Source: Chamaesiphon sp. (GTDB taxonomy: Bacteria; Cyanobacteriota; Cyanobacteriia; Cyanobacteriales; Chamaesiphonaceae). Taken from it: a stretch of 34,692 bases of DNA. Made by a program: the position numbers and the translations under genes. The DNA lies in NCBI GenBank assembly GCA_965246715.1, contig CBDFFH010000032.1, positions 1 to 34,692 of the forward strand, given 5' to 3'. This document shows, piece after piece, positions 1 to 8,721 of the stretch (position 1 is its first letter; each line of letters starts with the position of its first letter). Under the pieces are notes generated by a model, which ran no database searches, was not told where the DNA came from, and saw only the letters and a program-made list of their open reading frames with translations.

Positions 1-169
1 TGTAATTGGCGCGAATCTCCCATTAGATAGGGATCGTACAGCTAATCAAAGTTATTGGTATACCGATCGATAGAAACAAGAATGAGTCATTTGGGAGATA
101 GTTGAATTTGTTATACAGAATACAGTAAATGTATATCCAAACTAGAAGAGAAAGTCTCACTTAAGTACT

Positions 170-586
170 ATGAGTATTGAAAATCGCGCTGAAGCTGCCG
201 CTAAAAATGTTGAAGGTAAAGTCCAAGCTGCTGCTGGAGAAATTTCTGGAAACTCAGGCGACAAAATTGCCGGTAATGCCAAACAAGTAGAGTCCGAAGC
301 ACGTAATAGCGCTGAAGACCTTAAAGATAATGCCAAAGATGCTGGTGAAACTATCAAAGAGAAAGCTGGAGAACTCAAAGATAAGGTCGGCGATGCGATG
401 AATAACCTCAAAGAGAACCTCACCCATGGCGCTCAAGAAGTTAAAGCCAATGCAGAGAACGCGATGGATAACGCTAAAGCCAAAGCTAACGACATGAAAG
501 CTGAAGCAGACCGTAGTGCAGATCGCGCCGATCGTGATGCTACTAATGCTGTTGCTGATGCTAAGGCAAAAGTTAACAACCTGTAA
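170..586 (+). CDS. CsbD-family / LEA-like general stress protein
   Basis: N-terminus MSIENRAEAAAKNVEGKVQAAAGEISG..G.AKQ is typical of cyanobacterial CsbD; Ala/Lys/Asp-rich repetitive helical tail. Confidence 0.85.
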   Translation: MSIENRAEAAAKNVEGKVQAAAGEISGNSGDKIAGNAKQVESEARNSAEDLKDNAKDAGETIKEKAGELKDKVGDAMNNLKENLTHGAQEVKANAENAMDNAKAKANDMKAEADRSADRADRDATNAVADAKAKVNNL

Positions 587-681
587 TAATAATCTCTAGT
601 TAGCCTTTCGCTTTGCGATATTGCTCGAGATCGTTCACTGCACTGCTTTCTTAAGAGATCGAACTCACACTTAGCTATTTG

Positions 682-719
682 ACCAATGTTAACTAATTGT
701 TAGCATTGGTATTTTTTTT
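682..719 (+). terminator. Rho-independent terminator of the CsbD gene
   Basis: accaatgttaac-taatt-gttagcattggt hairpin followed by A and T8. Confidence 0.8.
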
Positions 720-800
720 GAAATTGCGGGATGCTCTAAAGATAAGGCTGCGGATGTAACTAAAAGCAGCAAATATCTTTGCTAATAGAGGATGGTAGGA

Positions 801-1205
801 CTACGCAATTTTTGCAGATGGATAATAACCTTTTATCTCTTCGTTATAAAAACTGCCGATCGAATCTGTCGATTGTAAATCTGCCCAAGTATGGGGATCG
901 ACTTCTGAATATTGGTAGACCGCGCCACTATTAAACTCAATTTGCAAGATCTCACGATCGTCATCATAACCGACTCGGGCTGCCATCGACGAACAGACAG
1001 GCAACATCTCAATGTCTGCGCTAGGCGCAATCGCAGGAGCAGCAGCGATAATCCGCTCGAGTAGTTGCAATCCTTCATATGCAGCGAATGGAGCCGAAAT
1101 TTCAATATACTCGATCGCATTTTCGCGTTCGATTAGCAGTTTGAGACCGTTATCATCGTGAGCGATCGCTTTCAAGCTGCTTAAATCGATTTTAGTTAGC
1201 TTCAT
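801..1205 (-). CDS. KTSC domain-containing protein
   Basis: C-terminal V.SS....VGYD....ILQIEF.SG.VYQY..V......L....S.G.FYN..IK pattern. Confidence 0.85.
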   Translation of the reverse strand: MKLTKIDLSSLKAIAHDDNGLKLLIERENAIEYIEISAPFAAYEGLQLLERIIAAAPAIAPSADIEMLPVCSSMAARVGYDDDREILQIEFNSGAVYQYSEVDPHTWADLQSTDSIGSFYNEEIKGYYPSAKIA

Positions 1206-1250
1206 CCTGCTGTGATCCTGTTAGAAGTGGGGTCGCCGACGCTCTTTCAT

Positions 1251-1265
1251 AGTACCATTATACCA
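1251..1265 (-). promoter_or_regulatory. Extended -10 (TGgTATAAT) overlapped by a LexA-box-like site upstream of the KTSC gene
   Basis: Minus strand reads TGGTATAATGGTACT; GGTAT-AAT-GGTACT has one mismatch to the cyanobacterial RGTACNNNDGTWCB box. Confidence 0.4.
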
Positions 1266-1521
1266 TAAACTTTAGTATTTGGATGGTTTTGCATAAATTC
1301 TTAACCCAAGCTGACTGTCATAACTGCCGCTGTGCCTGATGTTGAAGTCAGCAGCACATCCGATTGAGTCGATCGGTTTATTTACTTACAGCTTGTCCCA
1401 CTGCACTTAGATTATTACTATTACAGCAACAATTTACCCCTACACGATTCCAGTTGTAGGGGTCTCGTTAATGGGTAACCTCGATCTACGCGTTCGCCAA
1501 GGACTAATGTAATCGGTGAGT

Positions 1522-1875
1522 TTACCAATTACAGGCAGCTCTAGCGATCTTGCCACCAACCGTACTCGCATCGTAGCTAGAGGCATCATTCGGTTCCCAA
1601 GTCCAGCCATAAGAATCTACCTTGATTTGATACGGCGAGCAAGAGACAATCGCTTCATACGGTCTGCGATCTTTACTGTCAAGAATCATGAAAGTAATAT
1701 GCCGCCAGCCAGTTTTCCCATAGACAGTGTTCCGACTATCTAGATCGATTTGATAGCTAATACCTGTTTCGTCTCCGACTACCACCTCAGTCCAATTACG
1801 AGCGGATGCAACTGGAACTAAGCCAATTACGGCATAAGCAGTGAGTGCGAGACTGGCGAGAATATGTCGTTTCAT
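1522..1875 (-). CDS. Secreted hypothetical protein with two Cys (ORF open to 1908)
   Basis: MKRHILASLALTAYAVIGLVPVASA signal-peptide-like start; ends IARAACNW. Confidence 0.7.
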   Translation of the reverse strand: MKRHILASLALTAYAVIGLVPVASARNWTEVVVGDETGISYQIDLDSRNTVYGKTGWRHITFMILDSKDRRPYEAIVSCSPYQIKVDSYGWTWEPNDASSYDASTVGGKIARAACNW

Positions 1876-2136
1876 ATCTTTAATTGTTCCTGATTTCGAT
1901 CGAGTCAAAGTTGATAAAAATAATTATAGTTGCCATCAGACAAATAGCTTAGGCCATGTGAATTTCAGGTCAACAGGCCATACTATAAACTTTATTTCAA
2001 ATCTCACAATCCTGATTCCGCAAATTTACTCAAAAAAAATAATCTTGCAGCCAAAAAATTTATCGCTAATCGTTTAAACCCGCTCGTTCGGCTTTGCTGT
2101 CCTGCGGGAAAGAATCAGCGAGCGGGAGTCTTTGAT

Positions 2137-2160
2137 GCTCCAGAACAGAGGCTTCGCCAA
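2137..2160. repeat. Small dispersed repeat inserted into GAT|CG
   Basis: gat[gctccagaacagaggcttcgccaa]cga; 17-bp reverse-complement match to 21370-21386. Confidence 0.55.
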
Positions 2161-2369
2161 CGAGGACTAGGCGCGATCGGTTGCTACTCCTCGTATCTGA
2201 ATGGATTCGATCGCTAGTAGTATTGAAGCGGTTTGAATTATGAGCGACTCACCACAGCACATCATTGGTTTGATATTTTAGCTGAGGATGACGGCACTCG
2301 ATCTTATGGGGTCACAGCAAGTTTTTAGCGGTATACCAGGGGTATAGATCCAGCGCAGCTGGAAAACAT

Positions 2370-3707
2370 TTAGATCCGATCGCCACTGAGGACGGGATGG
2401 TTATTCCCCTCATTAGATTTTTTCACTTTGGCAATCCAGCCTCGATAGCAATCGAGAATCTCGGAGTAGGGTACCGAGCTTTCCGTCACCAGCTCAAATA
2501 GCGAAGGTGAAAAGCGAGCGGGGAAAAATCGATGCAGCAGCCTCGATATTTGCGCTCGAATGACAAATTCAATAAATAACTTGGAGGAGGTTGGGAAAGC
2601 GTAATCGCTCAACTCTACCAATGCGTGGGCATCGGCTGTGCGGCGAGCGGTAAACTGAGCCAGCGTAATCGCCCAATCGTCCCCAAACTCATCTAAAAGC
2701 CGATCGAAAATTGCGGCATCTTCGAGGGCAGCGTTGCATCCTTGCCCTAGCGAGGGAGATGTGGCATGAGCGGCATCTCCCAAAATCAGCACCCGATCGC
2801 CGTAATGATAACGGTTACAGCGAATCGTCAACACACTCGCTAGCGATCGATTTAAGAATGCGTCCGCCTCTGAGTGTGACATGAGTTGGCCGATCTGGGG
2901 AAAATGTTCGTTAAAGAATTCCAGCACTGCGGCTGGTGTTTCTAGCTCGGTAACTTGAGTGTTGTGACGGGGAAAATAGATCGCCCCGCTCATACTGTCA
3001 TCGACTTGATAGAGCAGCAAGACGACGATGCCATCCTGAGTCCGCCAAGAATGAACTTTGCCTGATTCCAAGCGAACTTCATTCGAGCGAGCCGCATCGG
3101 CTAACACGATCGATTTATAGAAGTTGGGACTGTATTTTTGCTCGATTTCAAACAGCTCGGTATTGAGAAACTGCGCTCGCACCGTCGAACGTGCGCCATC
3201 GGCACCAATTAAGCGATCGTAGTTCGCGGTTAAACTCGTGTCGCTCGCTCCAGCAGTTGAGGGTGTCGGTTGAAAGGTCACAAACTGGGCGGCAAAGTTT
3301 AGATCCGTACAAGCATAACCAAAATGCAGATTGAGGCGGCTGCTGTCGTACTTTTGGGTGAGCTGTTGGAGTAATGTGATGGCTAAATTGGTACGATCGA
3401 GCGTCAATAGCGATTTTTTTCGAGCTGTGACCCGCGTTTTCCCATTCCGTTCGTGAAAAATACTGCCATTAGACTCTAAACAAATCGCTCTGACTGCGGC
3501 TGATAATCCCTCGATTGGATCGAGTGCATTCATCCCGCGTTCGGTGAGGGAGATCGGGTAGGTTCTGGCTTTGGAGAACTCGATGGTGCGCGGATCGCCC
3601 AAGCGGTCGTAGATATCGATTTGATATCGATCGTTGCGTTGCAGCAGGTAGTGAGCCAGTAGCACACCACTAGGGCCAGCACCGATAATTACTATTTTCT
3701 CGCTCAT
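2370..3707 (-). CDS. FAD-dependent monooxygenase (kynurenine 3-monooxygenase-like)
   Basis: GAGPSG Rossmann motif, GADGARS, and GDAAHA..P.LGQG.N.ALED. Confidence 0.85.
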   Translation of the reverse strand: MSEKIVIIGAGPSGVLLAHYLLQRNDRYQIDIYDRLGDPRTIEFSKARTYPISLTERGMNALDPIEGLSAAVRAICLESNGSIFHERNGKTRVTARKKSLLTLDRTNLAITLLQQLTQKYDSSRLNLHFGYACTDLNFAAQFVTFQPTPSTAGASDTSLTANYDRLIGADGARSTVRAQFLNTELFEIEQKYSPNFYKSIVLADAARSNEVRLESGKVHSWRTQDGIVVLLLYQVDDSMSGAIYFPRHNTQVTELETPAAVLEFFNEHFPQIGQLMSHSEADAFLNRSLASVLTIRCNRYHYGDRVLILGDAAHATSPSLGQGCNAALEDAAIFDRLLDEFGDDWAITLAQFTARRTADAHALVELSDYAFPTSSKLFIEFVIRAQISRLLHRFFPARFSPSLFELVTESSVPYSEILDCYRGWIAKVKKSNEGNNHPVLSGDRI

Positions 3708-3742
3708 AGTTGGCTATCAAAATGAGTTTGAATGGAGATCTT

Positions 3743-4822
3743 CTACGCCATCATCGAGGCGTAAGGCTTGGCAAAAATCATTCGGCCAGCCGAAGTTTGG
3801 GTAGTAGAAGTGACGACAATTCTCACTTCTCCACCAACATATTTGCGACCTTCTTCGACTACTACCATCGTCCCATCTTCTAGATAACCAACACCTTGAG
3901 CGTTCTCCTTACCATCCTTAATAATCTTGATTTCTAGACAGTCGCCAGGGATGTATAACGGACGAACTGCTTGAGCGAGATCGTTAACATTCAAGACGGA
4001 TACGGCTTGGAGATTGGCTACCTTGCTGAGATTATAATCATTGGTAAGTAAAGTCGCGTTGATTTCGCTGGCAAAGTGGACTAATTTAGCATCGACAGTA
4101 TCGATATCGCGATAATCGATCGGGTGAATGATAATTCGATCGGGAAACCCATCTTTCATCCGATTGAGAATATCCAAACCTCTGCGTCCGCGAATCCGTT
4201 TCATATCGTTGCCCGCATCTGCCAACATTTGCAATTCTTGAATCACAAACTGCGGGACTAAAATTTGTCCTTCAACAAATCCGGTATTTAATAACTCTTC
4301 AATTCGCCCATCAATGATGCAACTAGTATCGATTACTTTTGGGGAGATCGCTTTCAACGTGCCCTCAGCAACCAACATCGTTTCCACATTCTGCGGATTA
4401 ATCAACCGTAAAAATGCATTACCATGAGTATCAGCCAGCGTCACGCCCGAATAGCAAAATATCACACTACCCAAAATTGCCAGCAACGGCTTAACAAATG
4501 AAAATTCTAGCGGAATCGGCAACAGGAACAACGGTGCCAGCATCAGGTTGGCAATTAATAGCCCGATTACTAAGCCGACAGCCCTAGTTAACAACACCTC
4601 GACGGGTAAACTACGTACCTGAGATTCCAAGCGGCGATAGGTGGTTTTCACTACCACGCCGATTATCCCTCCAAACAGCGCGCCAAACCCGGCAGTGACA
4701 ATGCGCAATCCTTCCTGGTTGGTAACTTGCTCTAGCATCTGAGCAGGCAAGATATCAACGATACCGTAGCCAATACCAGCCGCTCCGAGGCTTAACAGAA
4801 GGATAATAATAAAGTCGAGCAT
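3743..4822 (-). CDS. Membrane PIN/TRAM domain protein (YacL-like)
   Basis: N-terminal TM helices; DTSCIIDGRI PIN motif, TNDYNL, TRAM GVGYLEDGTMVVVE...TSAGRMIFA. Confidence 0.92.
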   Translation of the reverse strand: MLDFIIILLLSLGAAGIGYGIVDILPAQMLEQVTNQEGLRIVTAGFGALFGGIIGVVVKTTYRRLESQVRSLPVEVLLTRAVGLVIGLLIANLMLAPLFLLPIPLEFSFVKPLLAILGSVIFCYSGVTLADTHGNAFLRLINPQNVETMLVAEGTLKAISPKVIDTSCIIDGRIEELLNTGFVEGQILVPQFVIQELQMLADAGNDMKRIRGRRGLDILNRMKDGFPDRIIIHPIDYRDIDTVDAKLVHFASEINATLLTNDYNLSKVANLQAVSVLNVNDLAQAVRPLYIPGDCLEIKIIKDGKENAQGVGYLEDGTMVVVEEGRKYVGGEVRIVVTSTTQTSAGRMIFAKPYASMMA

Positions 4823-4873
4823 GGTAGGCTCCCGATCGGGTGATAGATCTCTCGTCCACCATTATATCTGCTC

Positions 4874-4961
4874 GGGGCTAGGGATTATGGGGATCGGAGG
4901 TAGGGATTAGGGAACAGGTTAAGGGGTAAGGGGTAAGGGGTAAGGGTTAAAGGGGAAGGGG
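4874..4961 (+). repeat. G-rich heptamer tandem repeats (GGGGTAA/GGGATTA, STRR-like)
   Basis: aaggggt x3 plus degenerate units in the divergent intergenic region. Confidence 0.75.
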
Positions 4962-4977
4962 ACGATCGAGTGTTAAA

Positions 4978-5031
4978 AATTCATAACTCCTCCTTCGACT
5001 ACGCTCGGTACAAGTAATTCATAATTCATAA
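4978..5031 (+). repeat. AATTCAT heptamer repeats interrupted by an SDR-like element ccttcgactacgctcggtacaag (4992-5014)
   Basis: aattcat units flank a 23-bp sequence resembling known cyanobacterial small dispersed repeats (from recall). Confidence 0.55.
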
Positions 5032-5039
5032 CTTTGTTG

Positions 5040-6227
5040 ATGTTGCCAACGGCTGCGTATATTCATATTCCTTTTTGTCGGCGGCGGTGTTATTACTGTG
5101 ACTTTCCGGTGTTTGTGGTGGGCGATCGCAAGACTGGGGCTAATTCTGGTAATATTCAATTCTATGTAGAACAGCTAGGTCGAGAAATTGCGACTCAAGT
5201 TCGTGACGATCGACCGTTAGAGACAATTTTCTTTGGTGGGGGTACACCATCATTACTTACTGTCGAGCAATTAGGCCAGATTTTAGATTGGTTGGCAACA
5301 AAATTTGGAATTGCTAACGGTGCGGAAATTTCGATGGAAATCGATCCTGGCACCTTTGATTTAGGGCAACTTCAAGGCTATCGTCAAGCTGGTATAAATC
5401 GTTTCAGTATTGGGGTGCAGGCATTTCAGGACGATATTTTGCAATTATGCGGTCGATCGCATACCGTCGCGGATATTTATCAGGCGGTAGAACTAATTCA
5501 CCAGGGAGGTATCGATAACTGGAGTTTGGATCTGATTTCTGGATTACCCCAACAAACACTCGATCGTTGGGAAAATTCGCTAGCAGCGGCGATCGCTCTC
5601 GCTCCCGCCCACATCTCCTGTTACGATCTGATCGTCGAAGCTCAAACCCCTTTTGCCAAACAGTATCAGCCAGGGGATACACCTTTACCCAGCGATGAAA
5701 CTACCGCTCAGATGTATCGCACCGCGCAACAAAGATTAACAGCGGCAGGTTACGAGCATTACGAAATTTCCAATTATGCACGATCGACTTACCAATGCCG
5801 TCACAATCTTACTTATTGGCATAATTTACCTTACTACGGCTTCGGCATGGGCGCAGCTAGTTATCTCGATGGTCATCGCTTTACGCGTCCGCGCAAGACA
5901 CAGGAATATTATCAGTGGATCGCGGCTGGATGTGATTGGCATGGAGAAGGTTTATCTGAGGAAGATCGGTTTTTAGAAACTTTAATGCTAGGGTTGAGAA
6001 TGGCTTGCGGAGTAAATCTTAACTCGATCGAGCAGGAATTTGGTAAGGATAAAGTCGATCGACTTTTGCGTTGTGTCGAGCGATATCGCAAACAAGGCTG
6101 GGTGGAGATGATTACTAAAAACAGCGAACGTTCACCACTAGCAGAGCGCTGGTTGCGGTTGGGCGATCCGGACGGATTATTATTTTCTAATGTGGTTTTA
6201 TCCGAAATATTTGGACTGGTTGATTAG
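5040..6227 (+). CDS. hemW: Radical SAM heme chaperone HemW (HemN-like); alternative TTG start at 5034
   Basis: YIHIPFCRRRCYYCDF, GGGTPS, YEISNY, HN..YW. Confidence 0.9.
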   Translation: MLPTAAYIHIPFCRRRCYYCDFPVFVVGDRKTGANSGNIQFYVEQLGREIATQVRDDRPLETIFFGGGTPSLLTVEQLGQILDWLATKFGIANGAEISMEIDPGTFDLGQLQGYRQAGINRFSIGVQAFQDDILQLCGRSHTVADIYQAVELIHQGGIDNWSLDLISGLPQQTLDRWENSLAAAIALAPAHISCYDLIVEAQTPFAKQYQPGDTPLPSDETTAQMYRTAQQRLTAAGYEHYEISNYARSTYQCRHNLTYWHNLPYYGFGMGAASYLDGHRFTRPRKTQEYYQWIAAGCDWHGEGLSEEDRFLETLMLGLRMACGVNLNSIEQEFGKDKVDRLLRCVERYRKQGWVEMITKNSERSPLAERWLRLGDPDGLLFSNVVLSEIFGLVD

Positions 6228-6375
6228 ACCTCCTACGAAAGTAAAAACCCAATCTTTTTCAGTGCTATTTAGCTAGATAATATCCCCTGTCTTGAAAAGG
6301 TGCTCGGTCGGGTCGAAGCTGGCGCGACGACTTTCGTCGTTCGACCCTACCACTTGGGGAAAACCCCTGTTCCCG

Positions 6376-6399
6376 CACTATTCACTATTCACTATTCAC
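6376..6399 (+). repeat. CACTATT heptamer tandem repeat x3
   Basis: cactatt cactatt cactatt cac. Confidence 0.7.
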
Positions 6400-6410
6400 A
6401 TTGCTAAATC

Positions 6411-8123
6411 ATGCCCGACTCACCAACGGCGATGCTTCGCCACCGATACGCACCTGCCATTATCGCGCTCAATCAAATTAGTGTTCCTACCGCTCGCCGA
6501 TTGATGGCGGCTCTGCCAGGAGCGCAGTTATACGGTTTGGCTGGCAGAACCGAGGATGTGGATCTTAGCTTCGATAACTTTGGCGATACCGTGCGGCAAT
6601 TATTTAGTCAAGGTGTGCCGATTGTGGGGCTGTGTGCATCCGGAATCTTAATTCGTACCGTAGCTTCACTGCTGACAGATACCAAGACCGAACCGCCAGT
6701 AATCGCCGTAGCTGCTGATGGTAGTGCCGTCGTGCCGCTATTGGGTGGCTTAACGGGAGTAAATACGCTCGCCGAAACAATTGCGGCAGCGTTAGACGTG
6801 TCAGCGGCAATTACAACAACAGGTAAGTTGCACTTCGATACCGTTTTACCCGATCCGCCATCGGGCTATCGAGTGGCCAATCCGGAACATATTAAAGCTT
6901 TTATCGCCGATCTGATTGCTGGGGTGAGTGTGAGTTTAGACGGCGATGCACCGTGGTTGACGGCGAGTAAGATTCCATTTAGCGATCGAGGGGAACGGAA
7001 GATAATCGTTACGCCAAAATCTATCCCTGGCACACCAACACAATTGGTTTATCATCCTACCAGCCTTGCCCTCAAGATCGAGCAACCTGCCCTATTTAAC
7101 GCAGCAGGGTGGATCGAAGTTATCCACGATCGACTGGCAACAGCCAATTTAGCCCTCGCTGCGGTATCCTGTATCGTCCTCCCCAAAACACCAGCGGGAG
7201 CCGCTATCGCCAGTATCGGTCAAACGTTAAATATCCCAATTCGCTTGATGGCATTGGCGGTAAATTTCCCGGCAAATTATGCCGTAATCGCCGAGAACGA
7301 GCTGACAATCGCGCTGGCACCACACCCGATCGAGATCGCCTCGCTCGGACAAGCTCAAGGTAAACTAACCGTAATCGGCACGGGGCCAGGTGGTAAGCAG
7401 TGGATGTCGCCAGAGGTGCGCGATACCATTTTGGCAGCGACGGATTTAGTTGGCTATCAGACATATATCCACTTAATCGGCGATCTGGCAGTTGGGAAAG
7501 CGTGCCATGCATCGGATAATCGGGTCGAACTCGATCGATCGCGATTGGCATTAGATCTTGCTGCTAGTGGGAAAAATGTTGTCGTCGTCTCATCTGGCGA
7601 TCCGGGGATATTTGCCATGGCAGCAGCCGTATTGGAAGTACTCGATCGGGAAGCGAAACCAGCATGGCAAACGATCGATCTGCACATCGCCCCAGGTATC
7701 TCGGCGATGCAAGCCGCTGCTGCGATGGTGGGTGCCCCGTTGGGACACGATTTTTGTGCGATTTCGCTCTCGGATATCCTCAAACCTTGGGAAATTGTGG
7801 AACGCCGCATTGCAGCTGCTGCTGAAGCGGACTTTGCGATCGCGCTCTATAACCCTGTTTCTAGCCAACGCAGCTGGCAATTAGCAGCAGCCAAGGAAAT
7901 CCTGCTAAAATTTCGATCGGCCACCACGACAGTTATCCTCGCCCGCAATCTAGGTCGAGTCGGGCAAGGGGTACAGGTGATTACCCTGGGCGAACTGACA
8001 CCAGCATCGGCAGATATGCGGACGGTGATTCTGATCGGTTCGAGTCAAACACGCATCATCCCCCGTGCGGATGGTAGTAGTTGGGTCTATACACCGCGAT
8101 CGTATCAGATCGATAAATCTTGA
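6411..8123 (+). CDS. cobJ: CbiG-CobJ fusion, precorrin-3B C17-methyltransferase
   Basis: N-terminal CbiG (GILIR...EPPV.AVA.DG...VPLLGG..G.N, ITT); C-terminal GTGPG, SSGDPGIFAMA, LGHDFCAISLSD, YTPR. Confidence 0.92.
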   Translation: MPDSPTAMLRHRYAPAIIALNQISVPTARRLMAALPGAQLYGLAGRTEDVDLSFDNFGDTVRQLFSQGVPIVGLCASGILIRTVASLLTDTKTEPPVIAVAADGSAVVPLLGGLTGVNTLAETIAAALDVSAAITTTGKLHFDTVLPDPPSGYRVANPEHIKAFIADLIAGVSVSLDGDAPWLTASKIPFSDRGERKIIVTPKSIPGTPTQLVYHPTSLALKIEQPALFNAAGWIEVIHDRLATANLALAAVSCIVLPKTPAGAAIASIGQTLNIPIRLMALAVNFPANYAVIAENELTIALAPHPIEIASLGQAQGKLTVIGTGPGGKQWMSPEVRDTILAATDLVGYQTYIHLIGDLAVGKACHASDNRVELDRSRLALDLAASGKNVVVVSSGDPGIFAMAAAVLEVLDREAKPAWQTIDLHIAPGISAMQAAAAMVGAPLGHDFCAISLSDILKPWEIVERRIAAAAEADFAIALYNPVSSQRSWQLAAAKEILLKFRSATTTVILARNLGRVGQGVQVITLGELTPASADMRTVILIGSSQTRIIPRADGSSWVYTPRSYQIDKS

Positions 8124-8185
8124 ACCCATATGCCGCTAGTTAGGGAGCGATCGGCATAGAATAAGCATAAGTTTTTTAGCTAAAG

Positions 8186-8266
8186 TCCAAGGTACAGGAA
8201 TCGAACCTGTCTAGAGTTTCCTCGCGGATTATGAGTCCGCTGCCTAAACCGATCGGCCAACCTTGG
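8186..8266 (-). tRNA. tRNA with CAU anticodon, probably tRNA-Ile2 (lysidine), with extended variable arm; CCA not encoded
   Basis: CCAAGGT/ACCTTGG acceptor stem, GCGGA-CTCATAA-TCCGC anticodon arm, ACAGG-TTCGATT-CCTGT T arm; CCA.GGTTGGCCGA start resembles cyanobacterial trnI-CAU. Confidence 0.9.
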
Positions 8267-8481
8267 AGAGATCGATTAGACTATTTTAACATTTACTATT
8301 GCCAGTCGATCGGATCGATCGATTATTCTCGATTCGGTAGCAATTCTAAATTTAAGAGCGCAATTCGATCTTCGTGACAGGACGATCGATCTAACCCATT
8401 GCCATTGATGGAGTTTTGCGATAAAAAATCGTGCTAGGTGAATCTCCACCTGGCACGATCGCTCTTACTCAGACTTATCTA

Positions 8482-8721
8482 TTACTCAACCGACGAGCTA
8501 TTTTCCAAGACTTCAAACGAACTAACATTAAAGACCTTGCCAATCATCGCCAGTGTCATCACATCGTCGTTTAACGTACCCTGCACCTTGACATGCAATC
8601 CAGCTTTGCGTAAATCGCGGGGACAATCTAATAACTCATAAGTAGTTCCATCCTCCGCTACCAGTGCCCAGGCACCAGTTCCCATTCCTCGATGTTCGAT
8701 ACCACCAATCAACGTCATCAT
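8482..8721 (-). CDS. Small conserved beta-rich hypothetical protein, coupled to the S8 peptidase gene
   Basis: ATGA overlap with the peptidase stop; G.GAWALV..DG.TYEL...V.G pattern. Confidence 0.75.
   Translation of the reverse strand: MMTLIGGIEHRGMGTGAWALVAEDGTTYELLDCPRDLRKAGLHVKVQGTLNDDVMTLAMIGKVFNVSSFEVLENSSSVE

Noticed and set aside
718..785. Short CsbD-like remnant (DALKDKAADV) after the terminator
   Set aside because: Too short and low-complexity to support
2079..2194. Structured ncRNA (two hairpins)
   Set aside because: No recognised family; partly explained by an inserted small repeat
6292..6410. Cobalamin riboswitch upstream of cbiG-cobJ (AGGTGC, GGGAA, CTGTTCCCGCA fragments and a hairpin)
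   Set aside because: The GGTG.AA.TCC, ACTGT and B12-box elements are missing; the sequence is better explained by a hairpin plus heptamer repeats
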